A DNA stretch of 64,000 nt from Leidyana gryllorum EB-2025a (lineage: Eukaryota > Protista > Apicomplexa), in assembly GCA_048772705.1 (NCBI GenBank), contig JBLWGC010000104.1, forward strand, positions 1,116,001-1,180,000, in the 5' to 3' direction. The notes under the pieces are model-generated. The model had not been told where the DNA came from. It did no database searches and saw nothing but the letters and a program-made list of their open reading frames with translations. The position numbers and the translations under genes are program-made. This document shows, piece by piece, positions 44,096 through 57,239 of the stretch (position 1 is its first letter; the number at the start of each line of letters is the position of its first letter).

Positions 44096-46106
44096 GTGAT
44101 GTCGCCGAGCCTCAGGGAAGTTGCCCCCCGACATGTCCGACTTGGCGATTGTCTGGACTTCTACGAGCCCGTCAGACATCTTCTGAAGGAGAACAAGCCT
44201 TTGGTTGCCTTCACTCGACCTATACGTTTGAAGCGTGTGATCGACTATGGACTCCAACGTCGCCACATCTTGTGTGGCAGGTTCGAGACGGGTTTGTCTG
44301 CTGATGCGGTGGAGGACAGGAGGTGGTCAGAAAAGCCACATATGCAAACGGTAATTCATAATGCAGAAACCGGGAAGCATCTTCGCTCTTTAGAGTAGCG
44401 GGCATTGACTGATGGATGCGTCGCAAATTGTTTGGTCGGCCGACACCATATATCGGGAGTTTCAAAAATTCGCAGTTGGCATGTCTCCAGTTCTGCTTAA
44501 GCGCAAGCCAGTGGGACGAACGGTGCTCGATTTGCCGTTAGTTCTGGTCGAATCTCTGGTGGTAGCTCCGAGTGATGTGCCGCCCTTCGACACATTCCGA
44601 TCCCTGCTAAGATGGCGGCCGACGGACGTGAACTCGCATTCCCGCCAATCATCCCCGATCACCGATGACCTGATGTTGGTTTACGATGGATGTTTGAGGG
44701 CTGGACCCCACAAGTCATCAACAGCGTGCACAAAGCGGTCCAGAAGCTGCCAGATGGCAACACTCGGACGTGGTTCTTTGATGCTGAGGGTGTGGGGATT
44801 CACAGGCCCTTGAAGGATAGAATATTTCGTTTTATCACAGGTTTAAGCGAATGTAACATCCCATGTAGACATTTAACTGAAGTTCGCTTCCTCGCCGCGC
44901 AGGACCTGCCTTTGTGTGCCTTCTTCACGCCCTCGGGGGGATTTAAGAGGGCAGAGGGCATTGAGGTCGAAGCGGCGCTGTGTTTCTATGACACCCAGAC
45001 TGCGACATTTTACTTTGCAGAACTACGCAGAGACGAGAGAGGAGAGCTGAGTGCCCGAACTCGGACGCTCGGTTAACACACCCGCGACTTTCGAGGACTC
45101 CGAGTGGCCCGAGAGGAGGGCTGACGAGTCTTCTTTATCGGCGACCCCCGAGAATCAGTCGAGTGGGGATCACTCCGGTGGAGGGACCAATCCCACCTCT
45201 GCCGAGACAGCCCACTCTCCAACTGCCCCCTTACCAGTGGAAGTAACAAACACAATCTCCACTTTTTTGGAATCTTACGACAAGAAACTGAGCTCCACAC
45301 TGGGTGAGGGAGACGCACTGTGCACACGAAACATTTGGACGAGCCGCGAGATCCCACAGAGAGTGAGAACAGTCGATGACTTCCACGGCCTCGCGAAGAG
45401 ATACGGCATCGAGAATCTGAAACGTACACAAAGCGAGTGGTGGTCCTTGGATCAGGTGTTCCATACACCCACTCAAGTCCAATTCAAGCCGTGGTCGAGG
45501 TGCCCTTTAAGCCTCTTTGGGTACTCCGAAGAGCGGGGCGGGAGGTGGTTGTATCAACCGGACTTGACGCCCAATGGAGTGTGGCAGTCGACATCCGGTG
45601 ATTTGCTGGGGACGTCATGTGAGGGAGACTTTCATGCACTGGTGCAGGAGAAGTGGAGCGAGTGGGACGTTCAGCATTCCGCTGATGTGAGCGCTAAGCA
45701 GGTTGGAAAGGTACTGACTGGAATCAGCGTACGATACAGTTTGCCTCCCTGGGCCCGAGGGAAGATTACGATCACTTCAGAAGGTGCATGGTTGCTGGCG
45801 ACATTGGATATCATAGGGAATGAAGTGGACGAGGTGGCTGATTTCAAAGTCCTCAAAGAGGAGAATGTCCTGATTGGGATCACTTTCATGCAGGTGTGGC
45901 GGGGAGGCAAACTGCTCGCTATACAACACGACCGTCCAGGATGGTGTAGGATACGGTTCGAAGATGGAGAACATCGTTTCTACCCTTCCGAGGAGCGAAT
46001 GTCGCCATATCAAACACTGAGTGTTGAGAGCGCTATGACGAAAGCTCGCGAGATACTTTCTGAGAGCCCAATCGACGAGCTGCCTTCAGCGACATGTCCC
46101 CAGTAG
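44096..46106 (+). pseudogene. Fragmented unknown gene(s) in successive frames
   Basis: Same-strand ORFs 44096-44398, 44412-44813, 44690-45076 and 45051-46106 abut or overlap without convincing splice sites. Confidence 0.4.
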
Positions 46107-46253
46107 TACTGCTGATGTGTCTTCAGTAGGAATCATTGGTACTCGAATAGGTTTCCAGTTTGTTGTCAGTGAATGAATCCGTGTTCAACAACAAGCAGCG
46201 ATGACGTTTGGACGTTTCGGTGGCTCTCTTTCGTTGTGTGTGTTTCTTGGTGA

Positions 46254-48908
46254 TCAATTAGCAGCAAACTTTTCAAAAAAGGCAGTGAGAGCATCATCAC
46301 AGTCAAGTAGCTGCTTCTGACGGATTTCGAGCTCCTCCAATCCGAGATCCCTCTCTTGAAGCCTTTGGTTCTTGAGCTCGTCGATAGCAGCTTGATCTTC
46401 TTCAGTGATCCGCTGTTTCCACTCCTCAACGTAACTGGCCTCCTCCATCCTCAGGGCTCGGGCATAGTGATCAATACGTTTGGCTTCGGCCCTCTTTTGT
46501 CGGATGAGTTCCTGTCGAGTTTTCTGTTGGTAGTCTTCAACCGCTTGTTCGAAGTCCCTAAAGTTGATCTGTCGAGAGATCAGAGCTTCTGGTGTCAAGG
46601 AACTGACGGTACTGCCACACAGAGTGAAAGTCGAAGTCGAAGAACCTATTTGATTGATGACGTTCTGAATCTTCTTGAAGAGAACGCGGGCACACTCGAG
46701 ACGAGCCGCCTCGGCCTCCTCTTTTCTCTTCATTTGCTGACGTTCTTCAGCCAGTTGTCGCTGCTTTTCCTGTTCCACCTCAGCCTCCCGTTTAGCTTTT
46801 TCTTTGGCCAATTCCTCCAAGTCTTCATCGCGGCGCTTCTGCAGATGTTCCATCTCTGTGCGTCGTTGTTCCAACAGTTGAAGTCTCTCGGCGTTCTTGG
46901 AAGCCTCAGACGCCAATCTCAACTTGAGATCCGTCACCTTGGCTGCAGCACACGGTGGTTTGTTGGCCGCAGTGATTCGCAGAAGGGCTGCACTCAAAGT
47001 CGCCAGGCGCTTGTTTACTATTCCATGTGGATCCTGAGTCTCCTCTTGGCTTAGTTTGATTACCCCCGAGAGATAATCGATCTTGAGATGCAAGAAGCAC
47101 TCGTCGACCAAGCTGACCAGAGAGTGTTCAGCGGCGCTCCAACTCATGAAGCTTTGGGGACAGATCTTAGTGCGGAAGTAATCGATCGAAATTGTCGAAT
47201 ATACCCCCGACAAACTGATTATCAGTTTCCGGAAGATAGCCTCCCTCATATAATTCTCATATTCACCAATGCGACGCCTCAATTCCTCAGCGCTAGCGAT
47301 CTTGGCGTCCCCGTCAGCACCAGTCGTGCTCACCTCCAAGGCTTGCAGCTTGGCCACCAGGTCCTCTTCGATTTGTTTGAAGAGCGGCTCAATCTTTTTA
47401 ACAGCGGTGAGACTCAGGAAGTCCTGGCCCTCGACGATTTGGAACAGTTCTTGCACAGACTTGATGCCGTGTTGCAAGAGACCCCGATCTCTCAGAGCAC
47501 TGACGAGAGATTCACGGGTTGGGATTGTGGGATGACCCAAGAGAGTAGTCAGGCGCTTCTCCTCGTCGTAATTGGCAGTTACAGATCGACCACCGTTACG
47601 AGTCACTGGGACCCCAATGACGGCTAACGCTGCCATAGAGGCCCAAATCTCCAACTCCTCAGTAGACACCTTCTTATACTGACGGGTATGGCCCAACCAC
47701 TTCAACAGAGCCAATGCGTGCAACCCACGATACCCACTCCGACCGAACACTTCTGCGAGCTTCTCATAGTAAGTCGCCAGAGACACCAGCAGAAGTTGAC
47801 GCAACACACCAGAAGTACCCCGACTCTTCGCACCTCCCCTCTTTCCAGCCAGATCAATGATTCCCAACGAATAACTGCTCACACGAGGAGATATTGAAGA
47901 ATTAATCAAATTCGATCACTTACAGATCCTCCATTGTCTGCATGGCCTCCTTCCAGAGGTTTAACTCGGCCGCATTAGTCAATTGAGACAATCGAGTCTC
48001 AATGTGCACTTCAGGAGCGCGCAACTCCTCAATGTCGAGACGGGTAGCGGCATCCGCATCCGGCTTCAACTTGGGCTTCAACAAGGATTGGTAGTGATTC
48101 CGAACCATCTCACACAACCGACGGAACTCGTTCGGCTTCTTGTGTACTCGGCAGAAACCGAAGGCCTTGTGAGCCGTCTCGTGGTACACTTTGTGCAACT
48201 TGGGCGTCGTCTTGACAATGTCCATGATGGTGCGGTACACCTCAAACACCAATCGCATCTGGTGATTGAGATCACGCGCCGCATCTGTGCTGGGGTCCGT
48301 CTGGTGAGCGCACATCATCAACGTCTCAGCCTCGTCGCCAGCGACTTCCGCCTCTGGCGCAATCAATGAAACGGATGACGGTGGTGTTGCTGTTCCTCCA
48401 GCCGCCACCAAACCGCCCTCTCCACCGAGAACGGCAGCTCCATGGGTGCTCAATGCTGCCTTCTCGGCCTTGGCGAAACGCTCTTCGGCAGCCGTGCGGA
48501 ATGTCACCAAGACGCGAATCAAAGGGCCCAACTGGGCAGTTGTGTGCTGACAATGGTTGCGATACTGCAACAAACCTTCACGAACAGCCTTGACTCTGTC
48601 CAATTCAACCGCCAGCCGCGCATACTGAGTCACAACCTCTTCCTGTTGTGTTGCATCCCATTGCATATACCTGAAATGCCAATATCGGGCGGCTCAAGCG
48701 ATGGGCAAATCACATCATCCAGGGATATACTTCCCGCCATGTAAAACCCATTTCATTCCCAAGACTTTTGGGACCACGTCCTAACTTACCGAAATTTGCG
48801 GTCAGTGATCGTCCGGTGGAGTGTTTCGAAGGCCTCTTCGGTCTGGCCGACAGAGCGGAGCTCTGTCGCTCGTTGGAGAGCATTCTTGGGCTGCAGGAAC
48901 TGCTGCAT
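46254..48908 (-). CDS. EIF3A: Translation initiation factor eIF3 subunit A (multi-exon)
   Basis: PKNALQRATEL, REGLLQYRN, YHETAHKAFGFC...EFRRLCE.VRNH, ELNLWKEA, PCI region, IDHYARALR.EE. Confidence 0.92.
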
Positions 48909-48977
48909 TCAGCCCACCCCGAAAATTTTTCCTGTTTTGACGGTTGCTAAATGTGTTTCCAATATGCATTATAGTCT

Positions 48978-49935
48978 CTAACTGGTAGGGGCTGCAGGTC
49001 TGAACGAAGCAATGAACTCAGATAGCTCGGCTTCGGTCAGTGCGGTCACGATTCGTTCCTTTTTGTCGTTCATTTCGACAATGGACACTTCCAGATTCTG
49101 CGAGCCAGGGTCAATCACCTCTAGCAGTCCACTTAAAGCCAACTTGATGGTCTCCGCTCGAGTCATATCCGCCTTCCAGGTCTTCTCGAAGAACCTGCCG
49201 AACGGAATGTGATCAATGCATCCCAATTGTAACATCTTCCACGCATAAGAGCACACATTGAAACTCACTCCTCGACAGTTTTATCGTTCCGTCCCACGGC
49301 ATGAGCCTTCCAGCCAGTTAGAATACCGTGCGGCTCGGTGTTGAAGAGTTGGGGCACACCACTGCTGTCAAATCCCGCGATCAGACACGCGACACCGAAT
49401 GGGCGCATACCGCCTCGCATGGTGAAGCGCTGCTGTAATCTGGCTATATACCGTGCAACATAGTCGGCTGTGGGCTCTTCGTCAGCTGTCAGCCTGAAGC
49501 TTTGGCACTCAACTCGCGTCCTGTTAATAAGAACGCGCCCATCGGCGGACAAACCGGCAAACGCCAGGGCAATTCCGTCGTCCACCATCTCAATCTTTCG
49601 CACACTCCGCATATCTTGAAGTTTAGCTGCCACCTTCCGCTCCACAGCCAGAACAACACAGTCCTTCCCTGAGGACGAAGTGATTTGATCTCATTCCTTC
49701 AATGGACAGGACTCGAGTAACAACAGGTGAGAATTATCAGGGTGGGAACAAGGGGGAGTAACAGGAGTCAGGGAGGGGGACACGCAACACACAAATGCAG
49801 CATGATGACGACATTACACTCACCTTTCACCCCGACAGCGCACAGTCCTCGCTTGACTGCCTCGGTGGCATACTGTACCTGCAACAAATGCCCATCTGGA
49901 CTGAAACGGGTGATAGCACGGTCGTAGTCTGTCAT
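48978..49935 (-). CDS. PSMA7: Proteasome subunit alpha-4 (2 introns)
   Basis: [49 protein letters not shown]. Confidence 0.92.
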
Positions 49936-49979
49936 GCTGAAGGCTTCAAATTGGTGGTCTTTTTTGATTTTTGGACTCA

Positions 49980-51368
49980 ATGAACTTGGCCGCGACAGCG
50001 GTAGATGACAGAATTGACGCATCATTCAATGATGCGGGGACCTTGAAGGCTATATTGGACAACTGGAATGCTCACAAGTGGCAGAAATCGCTAATTGACC
50101 AGCATTGTATCATTGACCCTCGGCTCCGCCTATCAACGGTTCGATCTGCTGAACTCGGCTACTTTGCATCGGCTTCCATCGCAGCGGGCAGAACGTTGAT
50201 GGTAGCCCAACCTGTCCTCCGAGCTCAGGTGAGAGTAGCTGCAGGGTCAAAAGCATGTGACCACAATGATGTTCAGGTGGGTAGTGAGGAAGATCCCGTG
50301 GCAGCTTTGACTGAGGCTTTCTCAAATCTAGTCAACGACAAAGAACGAGACTTAGCTATTGCGGTTTTGAAGAATCTCTGGCCGCGAACAGAAGACGAAG
50401 CAAATGCCTTGCCACCAGCATGCGGTCCTCTCGATGACGATGTCATTCACCGATGCGTTGATCTTTTGGGTGGTGCTGCTACGGCCTCCCCGTCAATGTC
50501 ATTGTCAACGTTACAGCAGAAGATAAGATGGAACCATATCTTATGTATGATGAACGCAGATATGTGCGTGGAGTCTGAGGATAACTATTGGGCCCTATAT
50601 GGCCCAGTGTCGTATATAAATCATAGCTGTGAACCTAATGTGGTTCGAGTCACAGTCGGCTCATCACTGATTATCAGATCATTGCGCCAGATCGAAGAAG
50701 GAGAAGAGCTGTGTATGTGCTATTGCGAAATGGAAGTTTCACGAGATAATGTTCTGGAGCGGCGGGCTCAGTTGGATTTTGACTGTCAGTGCGACCGCTG
50801 TGCGGATGAGTACGCTGAAGACCAGGAGGATCTCTGTGCTCAGACCTATTTCACCATGGAGTTGGATGAACTGGCGCTAACATCTGCTGAGAAGCGAATC
50901 TTGAAACTTGACAGAGACCTCGAAAGGCTTCTCACTGGGCGGCCTTCCACTGCAAGGGATATGGGAACAGCACGGACAGTCGACTTTCTACCTTTAATGG
51001 TCAAAGTACTCAAAGTTCGACAGTTGACTGTAGAACGATTGCGGCTCTTTGACTTGCTCTTCAGTACTTACTTTGTTCTCGGAGCCAAAGCCCCGGCACT
51101 ATTCACCGCCTTAGTTTCCGCCTTTCTCACCCAAGATGCTGATGGACAACGCGTCATACTCACCATCCTGGAGGATCTTCTGGATGCTCAACCTCATCAG
51201 GTCCTGCAAGAAGCTCTTCAGCCCTTCAAGGTTCCAAACTCTACTTTCGTCTCCATTGATGATACCACTTTGAGCCCCATCATACGCTCGCTGAGTCTCA
51301 TGATGGACATTGACCAGCAAGGCTTACAATCTTCAGCCACCAAGCTCTTCGAGTTGTGTTCTAGGTAA
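49980..51368 (+). CDS. SET-domain (SMYD-like) lysine methyltransferase
   Basis: [16 protein letters not shown] and post-[11 protein letters not shown]. Confidence 0.82.
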   Translation: MNLAATAVDDRIDASFNDAGTLKAILDNWNAHKWQKSLIDQHCIIDPRLRLSTVRSAELGYFASASIAAGRTLMVAQPVLRAQVRVAAGSKACDHNDVQVGSEEDPVAALTEAFSNLVNDKERDLAIAVLKNLWPRTEDEANALPPACGPLDDDVIHRCVDLLGGAATASPSMSLSTLQQKIRWNHILCMMNADMCVESEDNYWALYGPVSYINHSCEPNVVRVTVGSSLIIRSLRQIEEGEELCMCYCEMEVSRDNVLERRAQLDFDCQCDRCADEYAEDQEDLCAQTYFTMELDELALTSAEKRILKLDRDLERLLTGRPSTARDMGTARTVDFLPLMVKVLKVRQLTVERLRLFDLLFSTYFVLGAKAPALFTALVSAFLTQDADGQRVILTILEDLLDAQPHQVLQEALQPFKVPNSTFVSIDDTTLSPIIRSLSLMMDIDQQGLQSSATKLFELCSR

Positions 51369-51494
51369 GCCCTTTCGCCCGACGATCGCTTGTCCCATCG
51401 ACGCAATTGTAGACTGCATCATCTACTCTACGGGGGAGGACTCGACTTTCTCAAGCATCGGTACACTGTCATTCTAAACGACCCCTCACACGAA

Positions 51495-53251
51495 CTAGAC
51501 GCCCGTTTCTTGCAGAAACTGCCAGCTGCGCTGACGCTGCTGGATAACTGCGACCGCGACAGACACCATGCATGAAACAGCGAAAATCAGATCAAACTGC
51601 AAATGGAAGCTCTTGAAATTTAATTCAGCCCCATACACCTGCTCCAACTGAATCCTGAAAAGCAAAAGATCTCGCCATTCCAAACCCGATCAGCATATTC
51701 ATGCTCCGCTCCAGCTCGCTGCACCTTACCGTCGATGGTGGGGGAGATTAGTCCTCAACAGCAGAGCACAGGAGCAGAAGTATAGGGTGGCGACCTCTGT
51801 GACAGCTAAAACCAACAGGTCCGGCCCCAACCGGTCTGCAGCAGACTTGACAAAAGTCAGAATACGCGTAGAGAAGCTCTGTACGGTACTGTAGACCAGA
51901 AATCCCACATAAAGCAGGGTCAGATATGAGGCCCATGCCTCAACGTCAATATCGATCTGCACACAAACGCGTGTGCAAACTGACCCTCATCACTCACTTT
52001 CAAGTATTGAAGTGCGGTTTCCACCACCTTGGTGGCCAAGTCCACCTCTGATACTCGTCCAAATACAACATTACCCAACGCCGTCGTGACCTACAGTGTA
52101 CATCCAGTGGCTATCGTGCCCGGCCAAAAGCTTACTCTGTATAAACAAGCTCCTACCATGACCCAAGCGAGCAGGTTGAGGGCTCGGCCTTCTGCCGTTT
52201 GCGCTCTCAAGTACCGGCTGTGAGTAGTTCGCATCTCGTCAAGCGCTGCCACAGGGCATCGCCGGAAGCTGTCACACCACGAACTAACCTTTGACCAGGT
52301 CGTTGGCTACCATCTCCAGAGATGCCACTTCGGCAGCCATTCTGGAGATCTCTCTAATAGCTTCATTCCGTGTCATGCGGCGGCGAGCTGCGTTGGTAGG
52401 CGTTGAAGCGGATATATGGCGTTGAGTATTTCCAGAAGCGTAGAATCCTTCATCTTCGGGGGGAGCCTCTGGATCCATATTTGCACTCAACATTAAGCCT
52501 TCGGGAACGCTGAAGCCTCTGCATATGAATTTGTCACCCTCGGGAGTCCAGGGATTGTCCAGTCCATTTTGAGCACGCAGAGTCTCTATGTCAGTTATCA
52601 GTTGCGCTCGTTGGCGGAGAACGGCCGTGACCTGGGTTTGAAGCTCGTTCATCCTGTCCTGGCTGACGAGACTGAATAGCGACTTTAGATTTGCCAAGGG
52701 GAACTGGATGGACCCGTAGCCGGCAATAGCAGAGCCGATACAGACCCCAAGAGTGGATATGCGAGCCACCATGTGAGCCGGGCGGATGGACCATTTCGGG
52801 ATTCCGATGAGGGCCCCAACTTGGGCAAGGAGGAATGTGTAGCAGAGGATGATTACAATGCTCGAGATGACTTGACTCTGAGTGGTTTTACAGCGCAGTC
52901 CGAGACGGGTTACTCGCCAGATGCCGAGTGGCACCACTATCCAAGCTGCGAGAACCATAGTGGCGAGGTCGAGCTGGAGACCATGAAGCATCACAGCGTG
53001 GCCATTAGGAGGGAACGGTAGGTTCTGGGATACTATCATGAGAAGGAGACTGACGTTGGCCGTGCTGACAGCGATGAATGTCCATTGTGGCCTGGCGGAC
53101 TGGTTGTTGACGAGAGAAAGGGAGAAGGAGGGATTACCACGGCTTGGAGGTGTGGGGGAGGCGGGTTTGTGTGAACTTGAGAGCCCCATAGAAGACAATT
53201 GTATGAATCGAAACAGAAGCACAAAGAGCCAAGAGTGCAGACGACATTCAT
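51495..53251 (-). CDS. GPR89: GPR89/GTG-family Golgi pH regulator (multi-exon)
   Basis: ARISTLGV...AGYGSIQFP, YFCSCALLLRTNLP, LNFKSFHLQFDLIF. Start is approximate. Confidence 0.8.
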
Positions 53252-53288
53252 TCAAACATTGGCAGCAGCGGCAAAAGACGAATTCGGT

Positions 53289-53869
53289 CTATGTTACGAG
53301 GTGCTTGGAGGCCAGTTGTTGCACGCGACGCTCAAAGGCAGCGTTGTACAATGTAGCGTTGTAGTCGTGGAAAGGATTGAGTTGCAGCTGAGATATCGGC
53401 GAATTAGAAGGGCACAGGCTCGATCGATCAGTACCTTAACGACTAGCTCATTCACCTCCGTGAGAAACTGCTTGACACCCTCTTCTGTGCGGGTTGGCCG
53501 GTGCAACAGTAGGAGCTTGGTGTGATTTGCGGACACGAATGCCGATACACAGCCGCGCGACGAGCGTTCTACGGTTCTACAGTACCTAAGGCAGTAGCAC
53601 AATGGACGGAGAGTAGAGAGTGAACACGTATGGGAAGGAGGGAGAGGAGGAGCTCACATGTTGGGTGTTCCCCAAACGGCGAGGTCGACAGCCTCGAGAG
53701 CTGCAAGGCATAGGAACTGGTCAGAAGCTGATCCGGCGAGATCCTCGCGCTTCGGTGCGAGTTGGTGAGCGAGGTTCGTTTCGAACAAAAGGGCATCGCC
53801 CTTGCCGACGATGACCAGAAGCAGTGGCTGTGCCGAGTTGGGTTGGTTGGGAGGGCGAGGAGAGGCCAT
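53289..53869 (-). CDS. TRAPPC2: TRAPP subunit 2 (sedlin/Trs20; multi-exon)
   Basis: LVIVGKGD..LFE, QFLCLAALEAVDLAVW, VSAFVSA, EEGVKQF..EV.EL, LNPF...AFERRVQQLASKHL. Confidence 0.85.
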
Positions 53870-54331
53870 TTTTTTTGGTGGTCAGCAAGGTGTCAGGAGG
53901 GATCGGCGAACAGCGAGCAAAGGGACAAAGGGCAAAGGAGATCGATAGATGGTCAAAGCGAGTCAAATATACGCAGCTGGCGCGCAGGCCGAGGCAAGAT
54001 GCCGGCGGCCGTCAGTAGACAGACGAACAGACAGATACGGGCAACAGAATACGTAAGGCGAGCAGCGCCTGCAGAATAGCGGTAGAGTGAATGAGAGTAC
54101 AGTGATGTAGTCAGAGTCAAAGAGTGAGACGCGTTCTTTTGATTTGACTTCAACTTCGGCTTCGACGCTTCGTCGGTCTCATCCTATCAGCATTAGGGAG
54201 GAGCAACCGTTGCACTTTTGCGCCGATTGTCGCTGTGGAGGCCAGCCGCCCCGGCCGTCCTTGCGGGTTTGAACCGATTGATGCTGCAGGAAGCACAAGA
54301 AGATGGCTTTGTCGTCTCGGGCGTCGTCGAA

Positions 54332-56086
54332 TCAGTCGGTCAGTTTACACAGAGGTGGTGCCGTATTAGTAGTGGGAGAGGTAGCAGTCGAGTCTGTGGA
54401 GAAGAGGCGGCGTATGGCTTGTCGCACTTTTACTCTAAGTCGGCTCTTGGGTTCGACGGACGACTTGCGTGTGTTGACAGTGTTGCCAGCCCCGAGTGAA
54501 GGCCAAGAGCGAAACAGATTAATGACTCCGGCGAAGAAGATAATTATGCAGGTTACGTTATCAGTGCTACTGTTGGATATGGCAGCGAAGGTCAGTAAAC
54601 GAGCACTCCCCCGGCAGAGGCGCAACAGATTTGGTGTTAGTCTCGGGAGAGTCCCGTCGACGTCGGTGGCTTCATATTTCTGTATCAGGTGGTCGGCGAT
54701 CGTTCTGTAGACCGTTTGGGGAGGGAGAACATCCCACAGTCCATCTGAGGCGATCACCAGGAATTCCTCGTCGCCTTGAAGTTGGAACTCAGAGACTTCC
54801 GGCGTAGCAATCACCCATTGTTTCAGGTGTCGATCGCCGATCGCACGAGACACTGACAAAACTCCATTGACGCGGCCGATTTTCCGGCCGCTCGCTCGGA
54901 TGTATTGTTTGGAAACCATTCCTCCCGCGGCCTCCACCCGCCTCCTTTCGTCCGAGCGCAAAGGTTTATGAGGTCGGACCAGTCGAACTGCTCGTCCACG
55001 GGCAAATAACCAGGCTTCCGAGTCACCAACATGAGTGGTCCAAACCTTTCCCGTTCGTGGCTGAGCCAAGAGACATGTGACAGTTGTACCCACTTTGGCA
55101 CTATTGGCGGTTTGGTGTAAGCCCATTGAGACTGTCAGTCGGGCAGTCGCGGCATCAGGTAGAGAATAAGACGGAGGCTGGCCCAACGATCCCGTGGAAC
55201 TAATGGTGGATGGGGAAGACGGACTTGAATGCGACAAGGTGAATAAGCGGTCGGTTTCCAGCATTGCAAAGTGCATCGCATCCGAGATACTCGGTCGACG
55301 GACCAGCTCGTCTGCCAAAATTGCGTGGAAGTGCCGCCGAGCAAAGTCAGCTGCAGCCAATCCCCCATGACCGTCAAAGACAGCGTACATTTGCAGCGGA
55401 CCTCCAAACAGTGGGGACGTCGCACTCATACACGACGAAGATGAAGTTGCGACAGAAACCGACCTCGACCCTACCGAAGAAGAAAGGGTACGCGTCTCCG
55501 TCCGACTGTGACTTTGGCTGCGGCTGCGACTCTGACATTGGCAATAAGCATGTTGTTGGTGTTCGCCGGGGCTCGTTGCCGCGGTCCCGGCTGCGGTGGC
55601 AGTCAAACTGCTCCCGCTGCCGCTGCTGTTCCCAGTGCTGCCCCCGCCTCCGCTCGCCGGAATGCAGGGAGGCAGTGCCGCCGCACTCGGCCTCGGGCGC
55701 CTCTTTCGACGTAGAAGATCCAATACGATGCTGTAGGCGTCTTCAAGTCTGAGTCGTCGTCCGATATCAGACGCCACGTCGTAGCCGATGGGTCCCAGAT
55801 AGTCAGAAACCTCAGACTCGGGCGGCAACAGACTTCCGAAAGGCGCCTCCGCGCGAACACAGTCAGCACACGCCGAGTGCAGCCTCTTTAGAGTAGCCGA
55901 TGTTGTAGTCTGCTCAGCACTCACATCCGACCAACTCGACTGTTGGTGAAATTGGTGCTGCGTCACGCCTACCGCGACCGACTCTTTCTTCGGGACGGCT
56001 TGAGATTGCGCTCGCCGGTGACTTGGATAAGGGAGAACAGAAGGCCGAGTTGGTGCCAACGACCTAGAAGGCTTTAGAACTTCCAT
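54332..56086 (-). CDS. PP2C/PPM protein phosphatase
   Basis: GRR..LED, FDGHGG, GTT, HVGDS, LSVSRAIGD, ASDGLWD, DNVT. The start could instead be 56122. Confidence 0.92.
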   Translation of the reverse strand: MEVLKPSRSLAPTRPSVLPYPSHRRAQSQAVPKKESVAVGVTQHQFHQQSSWSDVSAEQTTTSATLKRLHSACADCVRAEAPFGSLLPPESEVSDYLGPIGYDVASDIGRRLRLEDAYSIVLDLLRRKRRPRPSAAALPPCIPASGGGGSTGNSSGSGSSLTATAAGTAATSPGEHQQHAYCQCQSRSRSQSHSRTETRTLSSSVGSRSVSVATSSSSCMSATSPLFGGPLQMYAVFDGHGGLAAADFARRHFHAILADELVRRPSISDAMHFAMLETDRLFTLSHSSPSSPSTISSTGSLGQPPSYSLPDAATARLTVSMGLHQTANSAKVGTTVTCLLAQPRTGKVWTTHVGDSEAWLFARGRAVRLVRPHKPLRSDERRRVEAAGGMVSKQYIRASGRKIGRVNGVLSVSRAIGDRHLKQWVIATPEVSEFQLQGDEEFLVIASDGLWDVLPPQTVYRTIADHLIQKYEATDVDGTLPRLTPNLLRLCRGSARLLTFAAISNSSTDNVTCIIIFFAGVINLFRSWPSLGAGNTVNTRKSSVEPKSRLRVKVRQAIRRLFSTDSTATSPTTNTAPPLCKLTD

Positions 56087-56088
56087 TG

Positions 56089-57219
56089 ATGGCCCAAATG
56101 CCAAGCGAACTCCATCAGCCATCCGCAGCCCGAAAACTGCCACCAAATAACGCGGCTCGCAGACGACTACACTCCATCTCCATCGCCGATGTTCAACGTC
56201 AACGAGTCACCATCCCTACACCACGCTGTCTACGCCCTTGTGGCCCCTGTTTACTAACTCCTGAAGAAGTACCTCAATTTGTTCTCAACACCACTACTAA
56301 ACAGGTCGAAGCACATCAGGATACTAAAGCGCCCGTTGGCCACACATCTGGGCCTAACCTCTTCCATGAAGCGTCCGCTCCCGATGTGTTATTAGCACCG
56401 AGCAGACGACGACGTCTCTTGCCCACACCGCCCTCTTCTGTCATCAAACTCGCAGACTGCGAGCTTGCAGCCAGTGCCGAGGATCTCCGACACCGCCAAG
56501 CAAAAGAACCTTCTTGCCCTGCTGATGCTCATAACCTTCTCACTCCTCCCCGAGGACGAGGCTACCTGGAAGGGGGCAGGGCTGGAGGCAGAAGCGCTGG
56601 CACTGTGTGGCATCCACGCTTGGCTGCCTCGGCCACCATATCTACAGCACCGGATCAGCACAACCCAATCCGTGTTCCCACAAGAAGCCGATCTCCGCCA
56701 TGTGGTACCCTCACGTCCGTAATCACGGGTGCGATCGCCGCTGGCGCTACCGCGACAAATAGTCGCACTGAATGCGACGCGTGCCCCTATTGTTCAGATC
56801 GATGCATCTGGCCCTTGTGCATCAAATGTCGAATCAAGTTGCAGAATATAGAACCTACTGTTCTCGCTGGTAAGCGAACCTTTAGACTTCCGATCTACTT
56901 CCATCATATAGGGGGACAGCGGACTGCGTATAGTATTTGTGAAGTCAAGCGTCACTGCACAGCGGATAGTTTGTGGATTTGTGCTCACAATCAGGTCTAC
57001 GATGCCACGCCTATTCTTGCTTGGCATCCAGGCGGGGTGAAACTGTTGCTCAAGAAGGTTGGTTTTGACGCCACGGCAGACTATAACTTTCACTCGGAAC
57101 GTGCGCAAAAGAAGGTCTGGGAACCTTTAAAGATCGGAACTGTGACTCCGTGCTACCGGGGAACGCCAACTTATCGACCGCCACCCCAACAAAAATGGGA
57201 GAAATGCAGAATTATGTAA
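56089..57219 (+). CDS. Cytochrome b5-like heme-binding protein with Cys cluster and CaaX end
   Basis: WICAHNQVYDAT...HPGG...DATADYNFHS; CDACPYCSDRC....CIKC; ends CRIM. Confidence 0.82.
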   Translation: MAQMPSELHQPSAARKLPPNNAARRRLHSISIADVQRQRVTIPTPRCLRPCGPCLLTPEEVPQFVLNTTTKQVEAHQDTKAPVGHTSGPNLFHEASAPDVLLAPSRRRRLLPTPPSSVIKLADCELAASAEDLRHRQAKEPSCPADAHNLLTPPRGRGYLEGGRAGGRSAGTVWHPRLAASATISTAPDQHNPIRVPTRSRSPPCGTLTSVITGAIAAGATATNSRTECDACPYCSDRCIWPLCIKCRIKLQNIEPTVLAGKRTFRLPIYFHHIGGQRTAYSICEVKRHCTADSLWICAHNQVYDATPILAWHPGGVKLLLKKVGFDATADYNFHSERAQKKVWEPLKIGTVTPCYRGTPTYRPPPQQKWEKCRIM

Positions 57220-57239
57220 CTTAGCCCTCGCTGCAGCTA

